DNA of 13,729 nt from the NCBI GenBank assembly GCA_040752415.1, contig JBFMGU010000277.1:1-13729 (forward strand), in the 5' to 3' direction. Source of the stretch: Myxococcota bacterium (lineage in GTDB: Bacteria > Myxococcota > JACRCW01). Under the pieces are notes generated by a model. It saw nothing but the letters and a program-made list of their open reading frames with translations. It had not been told where the DNA came from and did no database searches. A program made the translations under genes and the position numbers. Positions 1 to 7,611 of the stretch are shown here, one piece after another; position 1 is the stretch's first letter; every line of letters begins with the position of its first letter.

Positions 1-1
1 G

Positions 2-325
2 GCCATCCACATCGTGGTCACCGGAGCCGCGGACGTCGACGGGGAAATCCTGGCCGACGGGGAAGGCATCACCGGGACCGGTGGCGGCGGCGCGGGTGGC
101 TCCATTTGGCTGGCGGTGGGTTCCCTCGACGGAAACGGGCTGGTGAGCGCGCGTGGCGGCGGGTCCCAGGGGCTGGCGGGTGCGGGCGGCGGCGGGCGCA
201 TCGCCATCTCCACCACCAATGGCAACACCTTCTCCGGCACGCTGAATGTCGACGGAGGCACCGTGTCCAGTCCTGCGGCCAATGCCCGGAACGGTTCGGT
301 GGGGAGCCTGGTGATCTCACCCTGA
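2..325 (+). CDS. 3' end (partial) of a glycine-rich repeat protein, probably a large surface/secreted beta-helix-type protein
   Basis: Frame is open from the window edge to TGA at 323-325. It contains the paired motifs GGGAGGSIWL and GAGGGGRIAI typical of Gly-rich repeats in large extracellular proteins, with GC3-rich codons. Confidence 0.7.
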   Translation, partial: AIHIVVTGAADVDGEILADGEGITGTGGGGAGGSIWLAVGSLDGNGLVSARGGGSQGLAGAGGGGRIAISTTNGNTFSGTLNVDGGTVSSPAANARNGSVGSLVISP

Positions 326-552
326 GGCGCCAGCGATAGACCGTTCGACGTGGGGCACCCGTGCTGCTTCGGGAGCCTTGCACGCCATCATCACGCTCTC
401 GCAGACACCAACGTGGCGCGCTCCGGAAACGCGCCAAGGACCGCTTCTCGAGCGGAGCAGTTAGTACTACGTGGTCACTTGACGTCGTCACGGCAGTGGC
501 GGACAGATGATTCCGACGCAGCCCCCGTGGAGCGCTCCGTGCGGACGCAGCG

Positions 553-1122
553 TCACCTGCCCGCCACACGCGCCATGCGCAGCGTCCGCCACGCGCGCCA
601 CGCGTAGTCCGCCGCCGCCGCCACGCCCAGCACCACCGCGGTGACGACGAGCGCCCCGGCCCACGCCGGCACCAGGACGTGCGCACTCACCGCCGCGAAC
701 TGCGCCACCGTGGTCAGCTTGCCCAGCGCCCGCGCGCGGTAGCGGAGCTCCTTCCGGCGGAAACGGGGCACTGCCAGCACCAGCAGGAACATGCTGAACA
801 CCAGCCAGTCCCGCGTGGCCAGCAGCGCCACCGTGGTCAGCGACAAGGTGCCCACGTGCAGCAGCATCAGCAGCACCGAGAGGACGAAGATCTTGTCGCA
901 GACGGGGTCCAGCCACGCACCCCGCTCCTCCGCGCGGGAGGGCTTGTGCGGCTCGTGCGCGCGCAGACGACGGGCCAACCAGCCATCCAGCAGGTCCGAG
1001 ACCGCCGCCGCGGCGAGGAAGCCCAGGAGCCAGCCAGTGTCCGTCGGACGCAGCCACACCAGCGCGGCCATCCCCACGCGGGACAGGCTCAGACCGTCGG
1101 GGATCCACTCGGAGGCGCGCAT
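553..1122 (-). CDS. CDP-alcohol phosphatidyltransferase family protein (PgsA/cardiolipin synthase-like)
   Basis: IPDGLSLSR N-terminus; signature DLLDGWLARR...GAWLDPVCDK; GKLTTVAQ motif; several hydrophobic segments. Start placed at ATG 1122 (MRASEWIP) rather than the ORF-track start at 1236. Confidence 0.9.
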   Translation of the reverse strand: MRASEWIPDGLSLSRVGMAALVWLRPTDTGWLLGFLAAAAVSDLLDGWLARRLRAHEPHKPSRAEERGAWLDPVCDKIFVLSVLLMLLHVGTLSLTTVALLATRDWLVFSMFLLVLAVPRFRRKELRYRARALGKLTTVAQFAAVSAHVLVPAWAGALVVTAVVLGVAAAADYAWRAWRTLRMARVAGR

Positions 1123-1232
1123 GAGGGCCGCATGACTGCCCCGCTGACGGATCCCTCCGCAACCCGCACTTGCCGCCTCCGCGGCCCATCTGGCTAGGAT
1201 GTTGTTCTCACTCGGGATTCCCCATGATGTGC

Positions 1233-1259
1233 GCAACTTCCATACCCATGGGCCGATAA
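1233..1259 (+). promoter_or_regulatory. Candidate sigma-28 (FliA/WhiG family) promoter
   Basis: Exact GCCGATAA at 1252-1259. GCAACTTC at 1233-1240 lies at the canonical 11-nt spacing (4/8 match to TAAAGTTT). It is about 30 nt upstream of the GTG at 1290, with the AGGAG RBS in between. Confidence 0.55.
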
Positions 1260-1289
1260 TCCCGCTCTCCTCTGTCAGGAGCGCCCACC

Positions 1290-2645
1290 GTGCCTGCCAT
1301 CTCGTCCCTGCCGCCCTCCCTCCAGTCGCTCGCCAACCGCATTGACGTCGACGCGCGTCTGGGAACCGCGGGGCGTGGCGACGGGCAGATCACCACCGCG
1401 GACATCCAGCGCGCGCGCGCTTCCGGCCTGTTCTCCTCCGACGAGCTGACCACGCTGGGCCAGTTGGAGCGCGCGCTGCAGAACGTGGTGGGCACGCCCA
1501 CGGGCGGCGCGGGGACCTCCAGCCCGTCCACCGGGACGTTCTCGCCGGTGGGCCTGCGCGCCGCGGTGACCGGCACCGACGGAGTTCCCGGGGCGCACGC
1601 GCAGAACGTTGACGTGCGCGGCGTGCGGCTGGAGCCCGGCAAGCCCTTCACGCTGCCCGGTGTCGACGTCAGCCGGCCCATTGCCTACGTCTCCGTCGAG
1701 ACGGTGCAGGGCGGGGCGGTGGAGGTGACGGTGGGGCGCGACCGCATGCGCACCCGCGCCGACGGCTCCTCGAGCAACTACGGCTTTGACCAGGCCACCC
1801 TGGGCGAGGTGACCCTCAAGGGCAGCGGTGAGCTCAAGAAGGTCACCGTGCACTACGCCGACCCCGCCACGCTGGGGAGCGCCGACTACTACTCCATCCC
1901 CGTCGGGAAGGATGGCATCAAGCACGGCGCCGCGCTCACGTTGCCCATCCCGTCGCACCGCCAGGGCATGGACATCCAGAACATCGACGTCAGCTTCCAC
2001 GCGCCGCTGCGCGAGTACGACGCCACGCGCAAGTGGGAGAACAAGCCCACCTACTGCACCTGGTACACCGACGACACGCGGCTGATGCGCAAGTTCGTGG
2101 ATCCCAACGCGGACAACGGCAACGCCGCGGAGATCGACAACGTCCACCCCTCCAATGACAACGACGCCGGCGTGCTGGCCAAGGCGGGGAAGACCATCCG
2201 CATCGTCGCGGAGAACGGCAAGATTCCCGCCGACGAGAACGCCATGACGGTGCAGTGGGTGCGCGTGACCTACAAGCCCAAGAACGCGGAGGTGAAGAGC
2301 TTCAGCTTCAAGGGCGCGCCGCTGGCCAACCGCGAGTGGGAAGGCAAGTGGGTTCCCGCCGGGCAGGCGCTGGCGATTGACGTGGATCCCACGCGCAGGA
2401 TCAGCCGCGTGGAGGTGCAGTGGTCCGACAAGCCCGACGACGTGGGCTACAACAGCCCCGGCAAGTGGGCCACCGGCAGCCTGTACCTGGACGGCAAGCC
2501 CGTCGGGAAACAACGCGAGCACGTGGGCAGCCCGGAGTGGCAGTTCTTCGACAACCTCCGCGGCGCGCAGGGCAGCAAGCTGGAGATCAAGGCGGAGAGC
2601 TGCGCCATCAAGTTCTTCGAGGTCAAGGTCTACTACGAGGGCTGA
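1290..2645 (+). CDS. Hypothetical protein (451 aa): EF-hand-like N-terminal module, Ser/Thr/Gly/Pro linker, three putative beta-sandwich repeats
   Basis: AGGAG RBS at 1277-1281 before GTG; strong GC3 bias; N-terminal RIDVDARLGTAGRGDGQITTADI; three segments ending VTVHY, VRVTY and VKVYY. No named family recognised. Confidence 0.85.
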   Translation: MPAISSLPPSLQSLANRIDVDARLGTAGRGDGQITTADIQRARASGLFSSDELTTLGQLERALQNVVGTPTGGAGTSSPSTGTFSPVGLRAAVTGTDGVPGAHAQNVDVRGVRLEPGKPFTLPGVDVSRPIAYVSVETVQGGAVEVTVGRDRMRTRADGSSSNYGFDQATLGEVTLKGSGELKKVTVHYADPATLGSADYYSIPVGKDGIKHGAALTLPIPSHRQGMDIQNIDVSFHAPLREYDATRKWENKPTYCTWYTDDTRLMRKFVDPNADNGNAAEIDNVHPSNDNDAGVLAKAGKTIRIVAENGKIPADENAMTVQWVRVTYKPKNAEVKSFSFKGAPLANREWEGKWVPAGQALAIDVDPTRRISRVEVQWSDKPDDVGYNSPGKWATGSLYLDGKPVGKQREHVGSPEWQFFDNLRGAQGSKLEIKAESCAIKFFEVKVYYEG

Positions 2646-2651
2646 GCGACC

Positions 2652-4406
2652 ATGACGATCCGGTCCGTTCCCAGCTTCTCCCCGACGCTGCGCCCGCACG
2701 CCGAGTGGATTGACCAGAACGTGGGCAACAAGGACGGCCAGCTCAGCGCGCAGGAGCTGGAGGCCTACAAGGGCAAGTTCCCCGACGCCACGATGTACGA
2801 GCCGCTCAAGGGCGAGCTGGGTACACCGGTGGCCGCGCCCGTTGCTCCGACGAGCACGGTGGGTGGCGCGGAGGGCATGCGGCTGGCGCAGATGGGCAGC
2901 GGCCTGGTGCAGCTGGGGGCCGCCGAGAAAACGCTCCCGCCCTCCAGCGTGCGTCCCAGCCTGCCGCTCCATGCGCTCACCAGGATTGGCGCGGAGCCCG
3001 CGGGTGAGGTGTTCCACCTGGACTCCTCGGGCGTGGCCACCATGGGCGTGCGTGCGCGGCAGATCGTCCATCCGCAGCATGGCCCTGGGACGGAGCTCGC
3101 GCTGCGGCTCACGTCGTTCCTGTCCCTGCAGACCACGTTGGGTCTCGCCGGTGGCCAGCTCCAGGCCACCCAGGTTCCCTTCCAGCTGGAGCGCGCGGAG
3201 TTCAAGGACGGCGCCACGGTGCTGGCCGCCGACGGAGCGTACGGTCCCACCACGCCCAACAAGCCCGGGGAGTGGGGCACCGCCAAGCCGCTGCAGGCCT
3301 GGCTCTTCGAGGAGAAGGGCAAGTACAGCCTGGAGTACATCCCGCCCAAGGAGAATCCGCAGGCCTACCGTGACCGCGTGCGCCTGCGCGTCTACGGCGC
3401 CACCGACGCGGAGCGTGCAGCCAACCTCAAGGCCGCGCTGAGCGCGCTGGGGGAGCCGGACCTCCTGGCCGACGCCGACGCGGTGCAGAGCCAGCGACTC
3501 CTGGCGTTGAGCGCGTTGCGCATGGTGGCGCCGGAGCGCGCCGAGGCGCTGGCCCAGGAGCTGGGCGACATCACGCTGGCCACGTTGCGGCAGGAGCTGG
3601 CGCAGGCGGGCATCGACGACGCGCGGCTGGCCGGCATGCGCCTGGAGGAGACGTTCCCGGGCACCATGGCGCCGGTGGACCCGGTGCTGGGCGAGAAGTA
3701 CGCGCAGCTGGGCGTCAAGACGGTGATGGTGGGCGTGCGGGAGCTGGAGTTCGCCGTCAAGATCCTCGGCAGCGACGGACTCATGAGCTCGCTGGAGCGT
3801 TACGGTCGTGGCCTGCACAAGGCCGGTGCCTCGCTCACCTCCGACGAGGCCAGCGGGGGCGCGGAGTACGCGTTCCTGCGCCTGGTGACGCCGCGGGCGG
3901 TGGAAGCGGCCACCCGCATCTCCAGCAGCTTTGGCGCGGGCAAGGTGCAGCTCATCAGCACCGGTGAGCAGATGAAGCAGATGCTCTCCCGCACCGACTG
4001 GCACGCCTATCCCAACGACTCCTTTGGCGTGACCGTCTCCCGCACCCAGGCGGAAGGGCCGGCGGCCGACGCCATTGCCAAGGCGGAGTACGACAAGCGC
4101 AAGAGCAAGTTCACCACGCGCCCCGTGCTGGAGGAGCTGGTGGCGCAGGTCAACGGCGACAAGCCCGCGCCCGGCGCGTGGAGCGGCAGCACCACCTCCT
4201 TCCAGCACAACAACGAGATCTGCTTCAAGAATGGCGTGCCGGCCGGCGCATTCACCCATGCCGTGGTTGCCGACGCCGCAACCCGGGAGCAGCTGGTGGG
4301 GGCGTTGAAGGCCGCGGGCATCACGCAGGTCCACGGCGTTCCCGTCGAGAACGCGGTGCTGGTGGCGTCCACGTGGAAGGACGTGGCCACCCAGCTGGGC
4401 TGGTGA
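2652..4406 (+). CDS. Hypothetical protein (584 aa): EF-hand-like N-terminus and putative ADP-ribosyltransferase-like C-terminal domain
   Basis: ATG 6 nt after the upstream stop; strong GC3 bias; N-terminal WIDQNVGNKDGQLSAQEL; C-terminal motifs ILGSDGLMSSLER, GASLTSDEASGGAEYAFLR, YPNDSFG and NNEICFKNGV. The CDS is secure; the function is inferred. Confidence 0.8.
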   Translation: MTIRSVPSFSPTLRPHAEWIDQNVGNKDGQLSAQELEAYKGKFPDATMYEPLKGELGTPVAAPVAPTSTVGGAEGMRLAQMGSGLVQLGAAEKTLPPSSVRPSLPLHALTRIGAEPAGEVFHLDSSGVATMGVRARQIVHPQHGPGTELALRLTSFLSLQTTLGLAGGQLQATQVPFQLERAEFKDGATVLAADGAYGPTTPNKPGEWGTAKPLQAWLFEEKGKYSLEYIPPKENPQAYRDRVRLRVYGATDAERAANLKAALSALGEPDLLADADAVQSQRLLALSALRMVAPERAEALAQELGDITLATLRQELAQAGIDDARLAGMRLEETFPGTMAPVDPVLGEKYAQLGVKTVMVGVRELEFAVKILGSDGLMSSLERYGRGLHKAGASLTSDEASGGAEYAFLRLVTPRAVEAATRISSSFGAGKVQLISTGEQMKQMLSRTDWHAYPNDSFGVTVSRTQAEGPAADAIAKAEYDKRKSKFTTRPVLEELVAQVNGDKPAPGAWSGSTTSFQHNNEICFKNGVPAGAFTHAVVADAATREQLVGALKAAGITQVHGVPVENAVLVASTWKDVATQLGW

Positions 4407-4413
4407 GCGCTGC

Positions 4414-4755
4414 ATGGCCGCCGCTCCCACGCTGGACCGCAACACCGTCTACTGGATCGAGGACCCGGCGGGCGTGCACCTCCCGCTCATTGCTGGCGAC
4501 GTGGAATACCGCGCCGACGCCCGGGAGCTGTGCTTCTACGACACGCAGCGCCCCCACGCCCTGCCCGCGCGCTTTGTCTCCGGCGACGAGCGGCGCGGCC
4601 TGACTTTCGAGGGACCGGAGCGCAAGATGGTGCTGCGCCGGTTGGACCGCGCCAGCTTTGACCGCGTGTTCCGGCCCGCCATTCCCGACGCGCCGCGCTT
4701 CACGTCCGACGACGAGCTGCAGGCCTTCTACCGGGACCTCATCCGCCAGATGTGA
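4414..4755 (+). CDS. Small hypothetical protein (113 aa), candidate immunity/chaperone partner
   Basis: ATG 7 nt after the upstream stop; GC3-rich codons; soluble, globular-looking sequence with no signal peptide or transmembrane segment. Confidence 0.75.
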   Translation: MAAAPTLDRNTVYWIEDPAGVHLPLIAGDVEYRADARELCFYDTQRPHALPARFVSGDERRGLTFEGPERKMVLRRLDRASFDRVFRPAIPDAPRFTSDDELQAFYRDLIRQM

Positions 4756-4843
4756 CGCACGTGGATTGTCCGCGCTGCAGCGCACCTGCGTGCGAGGGCG
4801 GCATCGTGTGGGCTCCGTCGATAGAACGCGACGGGAGGCCACC

Positions 4844-5560
4844 ATGCGAGCGTCCTCGGTGTCCATCAAGCTTCTCGTCGCCACCCTGCTCATTGCGCCG
4901 CTGGCGTTCGCGCAGAGCCCTGCTCCCGACACCACGTCCGCGACGCTGCGCACCCTCTCCGTGACGGGATACGGCGAGGTGATGGCCACCCCGGACCTGG
5001 CCACCGTGGCCGCGGGCGTGGAGACGCAGGCGCCCACCGCGGCGGAGGCGCTGGAGGAGAACAACCGGCGCATGGAGGCGCTGATTGCGGCGCTCACCGG
5101 CGCCGGGGTGGCGCGAGAGGACATCCAGACCGCGGGATTCTCGGTCTACCCGGTCTACGCCGAGGTGCTGCCCGGAATGCCGCCCAAGATCGACGGCTAC
5201 AACGTGAGCAACATCGTCGTGGTGAAGGTGCGCCGGTTGGATGGGCTGGGCGCGCTGCTGGATCAACTGGTGAACGCGGGCGCCAACACCATCCACGGCG
5301 TGGCTTTCGGGTTCAGCAATCCGCAGCAGATGATGGACCAGGCCCGGGAGCGCGCCATGGCGGACGCCGACCGCGTGGCGCAGCATCTCGCGCGGCTGGC
5401 CGGTGCGCAGGTGGAGATGGTGCTCAGCATCTCGGAGTCCACCATCCCGCCCATCTACGGTGGTCGGGGCTACGCCGCCGCGGACGCCGCCGCGGTGCCG
5501 GTGGAGCCCGGTCAGTCCGCCGTCTCCACGACGGTGCAGGTCACGTACACGCTGCGTTGA
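4844..5560 (+). CDS. SIMPL domain (DUF541, YggE/BP26-like) periplasmic protein
   Basis: GGGAGG RBS before ATG 4844; Sec signal peptide (LLVATLLIAPLAFA-Q); motifs TLSVTGYGEV.ATPDLA, DIQT, GYNVSN, GANTIHGVAF and ARERAMADA. Confidence 0.93.
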   Translation: MRASSVSIKLLVATLLIAPLAFAQSPAPDTTSATLRTLSVTGYGEVMATPDLATVAAGVETQAPTAAEALEENNRRMEALIAALTGAGVAREDIQTAGFSVYPVYAEVLPGMPPKIDGYNVSNIVVVKVRRLDGLGALLDQLVNAGANTIHGVAFGFSNPQQMMDQARERAMADADRVAQHLARLAGAQVEMVLSISESTIPPIYGGRGYAAADAAAVPVEPGQSAVSTTVQVTYTLR

Positions 5561-5650
5561 GCGCGCAGCGCACGGGTTTTCCGGGTGTTCCAACTCCTTG
5601 CACCGGAGCGCGGTGCGGAATTAGCAGGCGAGCGAAACCGGAGCGCTCCC

Positions 5651-6109
5651 ATGACATCTTCCCACGACGAGCAGGGTGTCCGTTCGCTGTTCTTCGAGAT
5701 CCATCGCCAGTGGAATGAACGCAACGCGCAGACCTTCGCCGACCTGTTCTCCGACGACGGCAGCATGGTGGGCTTCGACGGAAGCTCGCTGAATGGTCGT
5801 GCAGACATTGCGTCCCACCTGGCCGGGATCTTCGGCCACCACCAGACCGCGGCGTTCGTGGGCAGGGTGCGGGAGGTGCGCTTGCTGGCGCCGGACGTGG
5901 CGTTGGTGCGCGCGGTGGCGGGCATGGTTCCGCCGGGCGGCAGCGACATCAATCCCGCCGTCAATGCCATCCAGAGCGTCACCGCGGTGCGGCAGGGCGG
6001 GAGGTGGCGCGTGGCCATGTTCCAGAACACTCCGGCTGCGTTCCACGGTCGTCCCGAGGAGAGCGCGCGCCTCACCGACGAGCTGCGGGAGGTGCTGAAG
6101 TCGCGTTGA
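5651..6109 (+). CDS. SgcJ/EcaC family NTF2-like protein (DUF4440/SnoaL-like)
   Basis: GGAG before ATG 5651; motifs WNERNAQTFADLFSDDG..VGFDGS..GR, VREVRLLAPDVALVRA and WRVAMFQNTPA. Confidence 0.88.
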   Translation: MTSSHDEQGVRSLFFEIHRQWNERNAQTFADLFSDDGSMVGFDGSSLNGRADIASHLAGIFGHHQTAAFVGRVREVRLLAPDVALVRAVAGMVPPGGSDINPAVNAIQSVTAVRQGGRWRVAMFQNTPAAFHGRPEESARLTDELREVLKSR

Positions 6110-6196
6110 GGTCGTGGTGGCACGCGTCCTCCGTGGCGTGAGCACGCGTGAGTGGAGCGTTTGCTCCCGCGCGGCGGCCTTGTTAGGCACCACTCC

Positions 6197-6976
6197 GTGC
6201 GCACCGTCCAATGCACCCGCTACGTCACGCCCCTGCGCGAAGGTGGCTCGCTCCCCGCCATCGTCGAGGCGGATGACAACGGGATGTACGTGATGAAGCT
6301 GCGCGGGTCCGGTCAGGGGCCCAAGGCGCTCATTGCGGAGCTGGTGGGTGGAGAGCTGGCGCGTGCGTTGGGCCTGCGGGTCCCGGAGCTGGTGTTCATG
6401 CAGCTCGACCTGGCGCTGGCCAAGCAGGAACCCGACCCGGAAATCCAGGCGCTGCTCGAGGCCAGCGTGGGACTCAACCTGGCGCTGGACTACCTGCCCG
6501 GATCGGTGAGCTACGACCCGGCGGTCAATGTCCCGTTGTCGTCGGAGGAAGCGTCCGCGGTGGTGTGGCTGGATGCGCTCATCACCAACGTGGACCGCAC
6601 CGCGCGCAACACCAACATGCTGCTGTGGCATGAGAAGCTGTGGCTCATTGATCACGGCGCGGCGCTCTACATGCACCATCGCTGGGAGGGGTGGAGGGAG
6701 CACGCGGTGGCGTCGTTCCGGGCCATCAAGGACCACGTGTTGTTGCCCCGCGCCGACGCGTTGCTGGAGGCGGACGCCCGCCTGGCGCCGCGGGTGACCC
6801 CGGAGCTGCTGGCGCGGATCGTCGCGGACATCCCGGAGGCGTGGCTGCTGCAGGATGCCCCGTTCGCCACCGCCGCGGAACATCGTCAGGCGTACGTGGA
6901 TTACCTGTTGCTTCGTTGTTCGGTGTCGCGCACGTTCACGCAGGAGGCCAGGGATGCCCGCGCCAGCCGCGTTTAG
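6197..6976 (+). CDS. HipA-like Ser/Thr kinase (HipA_2-type)
   Basis: MRTV..TRYVTPLREGGSLP Gly loop; YVMK lysine; catalytic NVDRTARNTN; Mg-binding LIDHG. Start set at GTG 6197. Confidence 0.9.
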   Translation: MRTVQCTRYVTPLREGGSLPAIVEADDNGMYVMKLRGSGQGPKALIAELVGGELARALGLRVPELVFMQLDLALAKQEPDPEIQALLEASVGLNLALDYLPGSVSYDPAVNVPLSSEEASAVVWLDALITNVDRTARNTNMLLWHEKLWLIDHGAALYMHHRWEGWREHAVASFRAIKDHVLLPRADALLEADARLAPRVTPELLARIVADIPEAWLLQDAPFATAAEHRQAYVDYLLLRCSVSRTFTQEARDARASRV

Positions 6977-7367
6977 CTACGCCATCATCCGCGTGGTTCC
7001 GCGCGTGGAGCGCGGTGAGCTCATCAACGTGGGCGTGATCCTCTACAGCCACCCGCTGCGCTTCCTGCGTGCACGCGTGGAGCTGGATGAGGCGCGACTC
7101 AAGGCGCTGGCCCCGGACATCTCCGTCGACACCGTGCGCGCGCACCTGGACGCGTTCTGCAAGGTGTGTCACGGCGACGCCTCCGCGGGTGAGGTGGCGC
7201 GCATGCCCATCAGCCAACGCTTCCACTGGCTGGTGGCGCCGCGCAGCACCATCATCCAGACCTCTCCCACGCACGCCGGACTCTGCCAGGACGCTGAGCA
7301 GATGCTGGAGCACCTGATGGACACGCTGGTGCGGACCCCGCACGAGTCGAATGCCCGATCCATGTGA
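6954..7367 (+). CDS. DUF3037 domain protein
   Basis: AGGAGG at 6942-6947 before ATG 6954; motifs YAIIRVVPRVERGELINVGVIL and RFHWLVAPRSTIIQTSPTHAGLC; overlaps the kinase 3' end by 23 nt, the usual pairing. Confidence 0.9.
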   Translation: MPAPAAFSYAIIRVVPRVERGELINVGVILYSHPLRFLRARVELDEARLKALAPDISVDTVRAHLDAFCKVCHGDASAGEVARMPISQRFHWLVAPRSTIIQTSPTHAGLCQDAEQMLEHLMDTLVRTPHESNARSM

Positions 7368-7378
7368 TCGACGCGGGA

Positions 7379-7594
7379 TCAGGCAAGAGCGCGGCGGGCC
7401 GGTGCCGTCGGAAACCGCGCCCCCTTCACCAACAGCCACACGGCAAGCGCCAGCTCCGACATCGCCAGCATGCCGAGGAACGGCACCACCTTCGCGTGGA
7501 ACGCGGGCGCAAGGAAGAATGGCACGCCATCGATCACGTAGGCCGCGTCGCCGAGCGACACCTGCACACCGAGCACCCTGGGCACCTGCCGCGA
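7379..7594 (-). pseudogene. 5'-truncated remnant of a DUF4386-like membrane protein gene
   Basis: Translation SRQVPRVLGV...AYVIDGVPFFLAP...PFLGMLAMSELALAVWLLVKG resembles the last two helices of DUF4386 proteins. There is no room for the N-terminal part before the TetR upstream region. Confidence 0.7.
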
Positions 7595-7598
7595 CGGA

Positions 7599-7611
7599 CT
7601 TATGGTGTAAG
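7599..7611. promoter_or_regulatory. Candidate TetR operator palindrome CTTA-TGGTG-TAAG
   Basis: AT-rich inverted repeat about 57 nt upstream of the tetR-family ATG, adjacent to a minus-strand -35-like TGGACA (7614-7619). Confidence 0.55.

Noticed and set aside
406..466. attC-like AAC...GTT pair with an internal stem
   Set aside because: The ends do not fit RYYYAAC/GTTRRRY, the stem spacing is asymmetric, and no integrase or second site is present.
1191..1206. Sigma-54-like TGGCTA-N5-TTGT
   Set aside because: The essential -12 GC is GT and the -24 element deviates from TGGCAC.
1275..4445. 1056-aa minus-strand ORF spanning the unknown operon
   Set aside because: Antisense shadow of two same-frame, GC3-biased plus-strand genes. 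Its translation is Arg/Gly/His/Leu-rich with no motifs.
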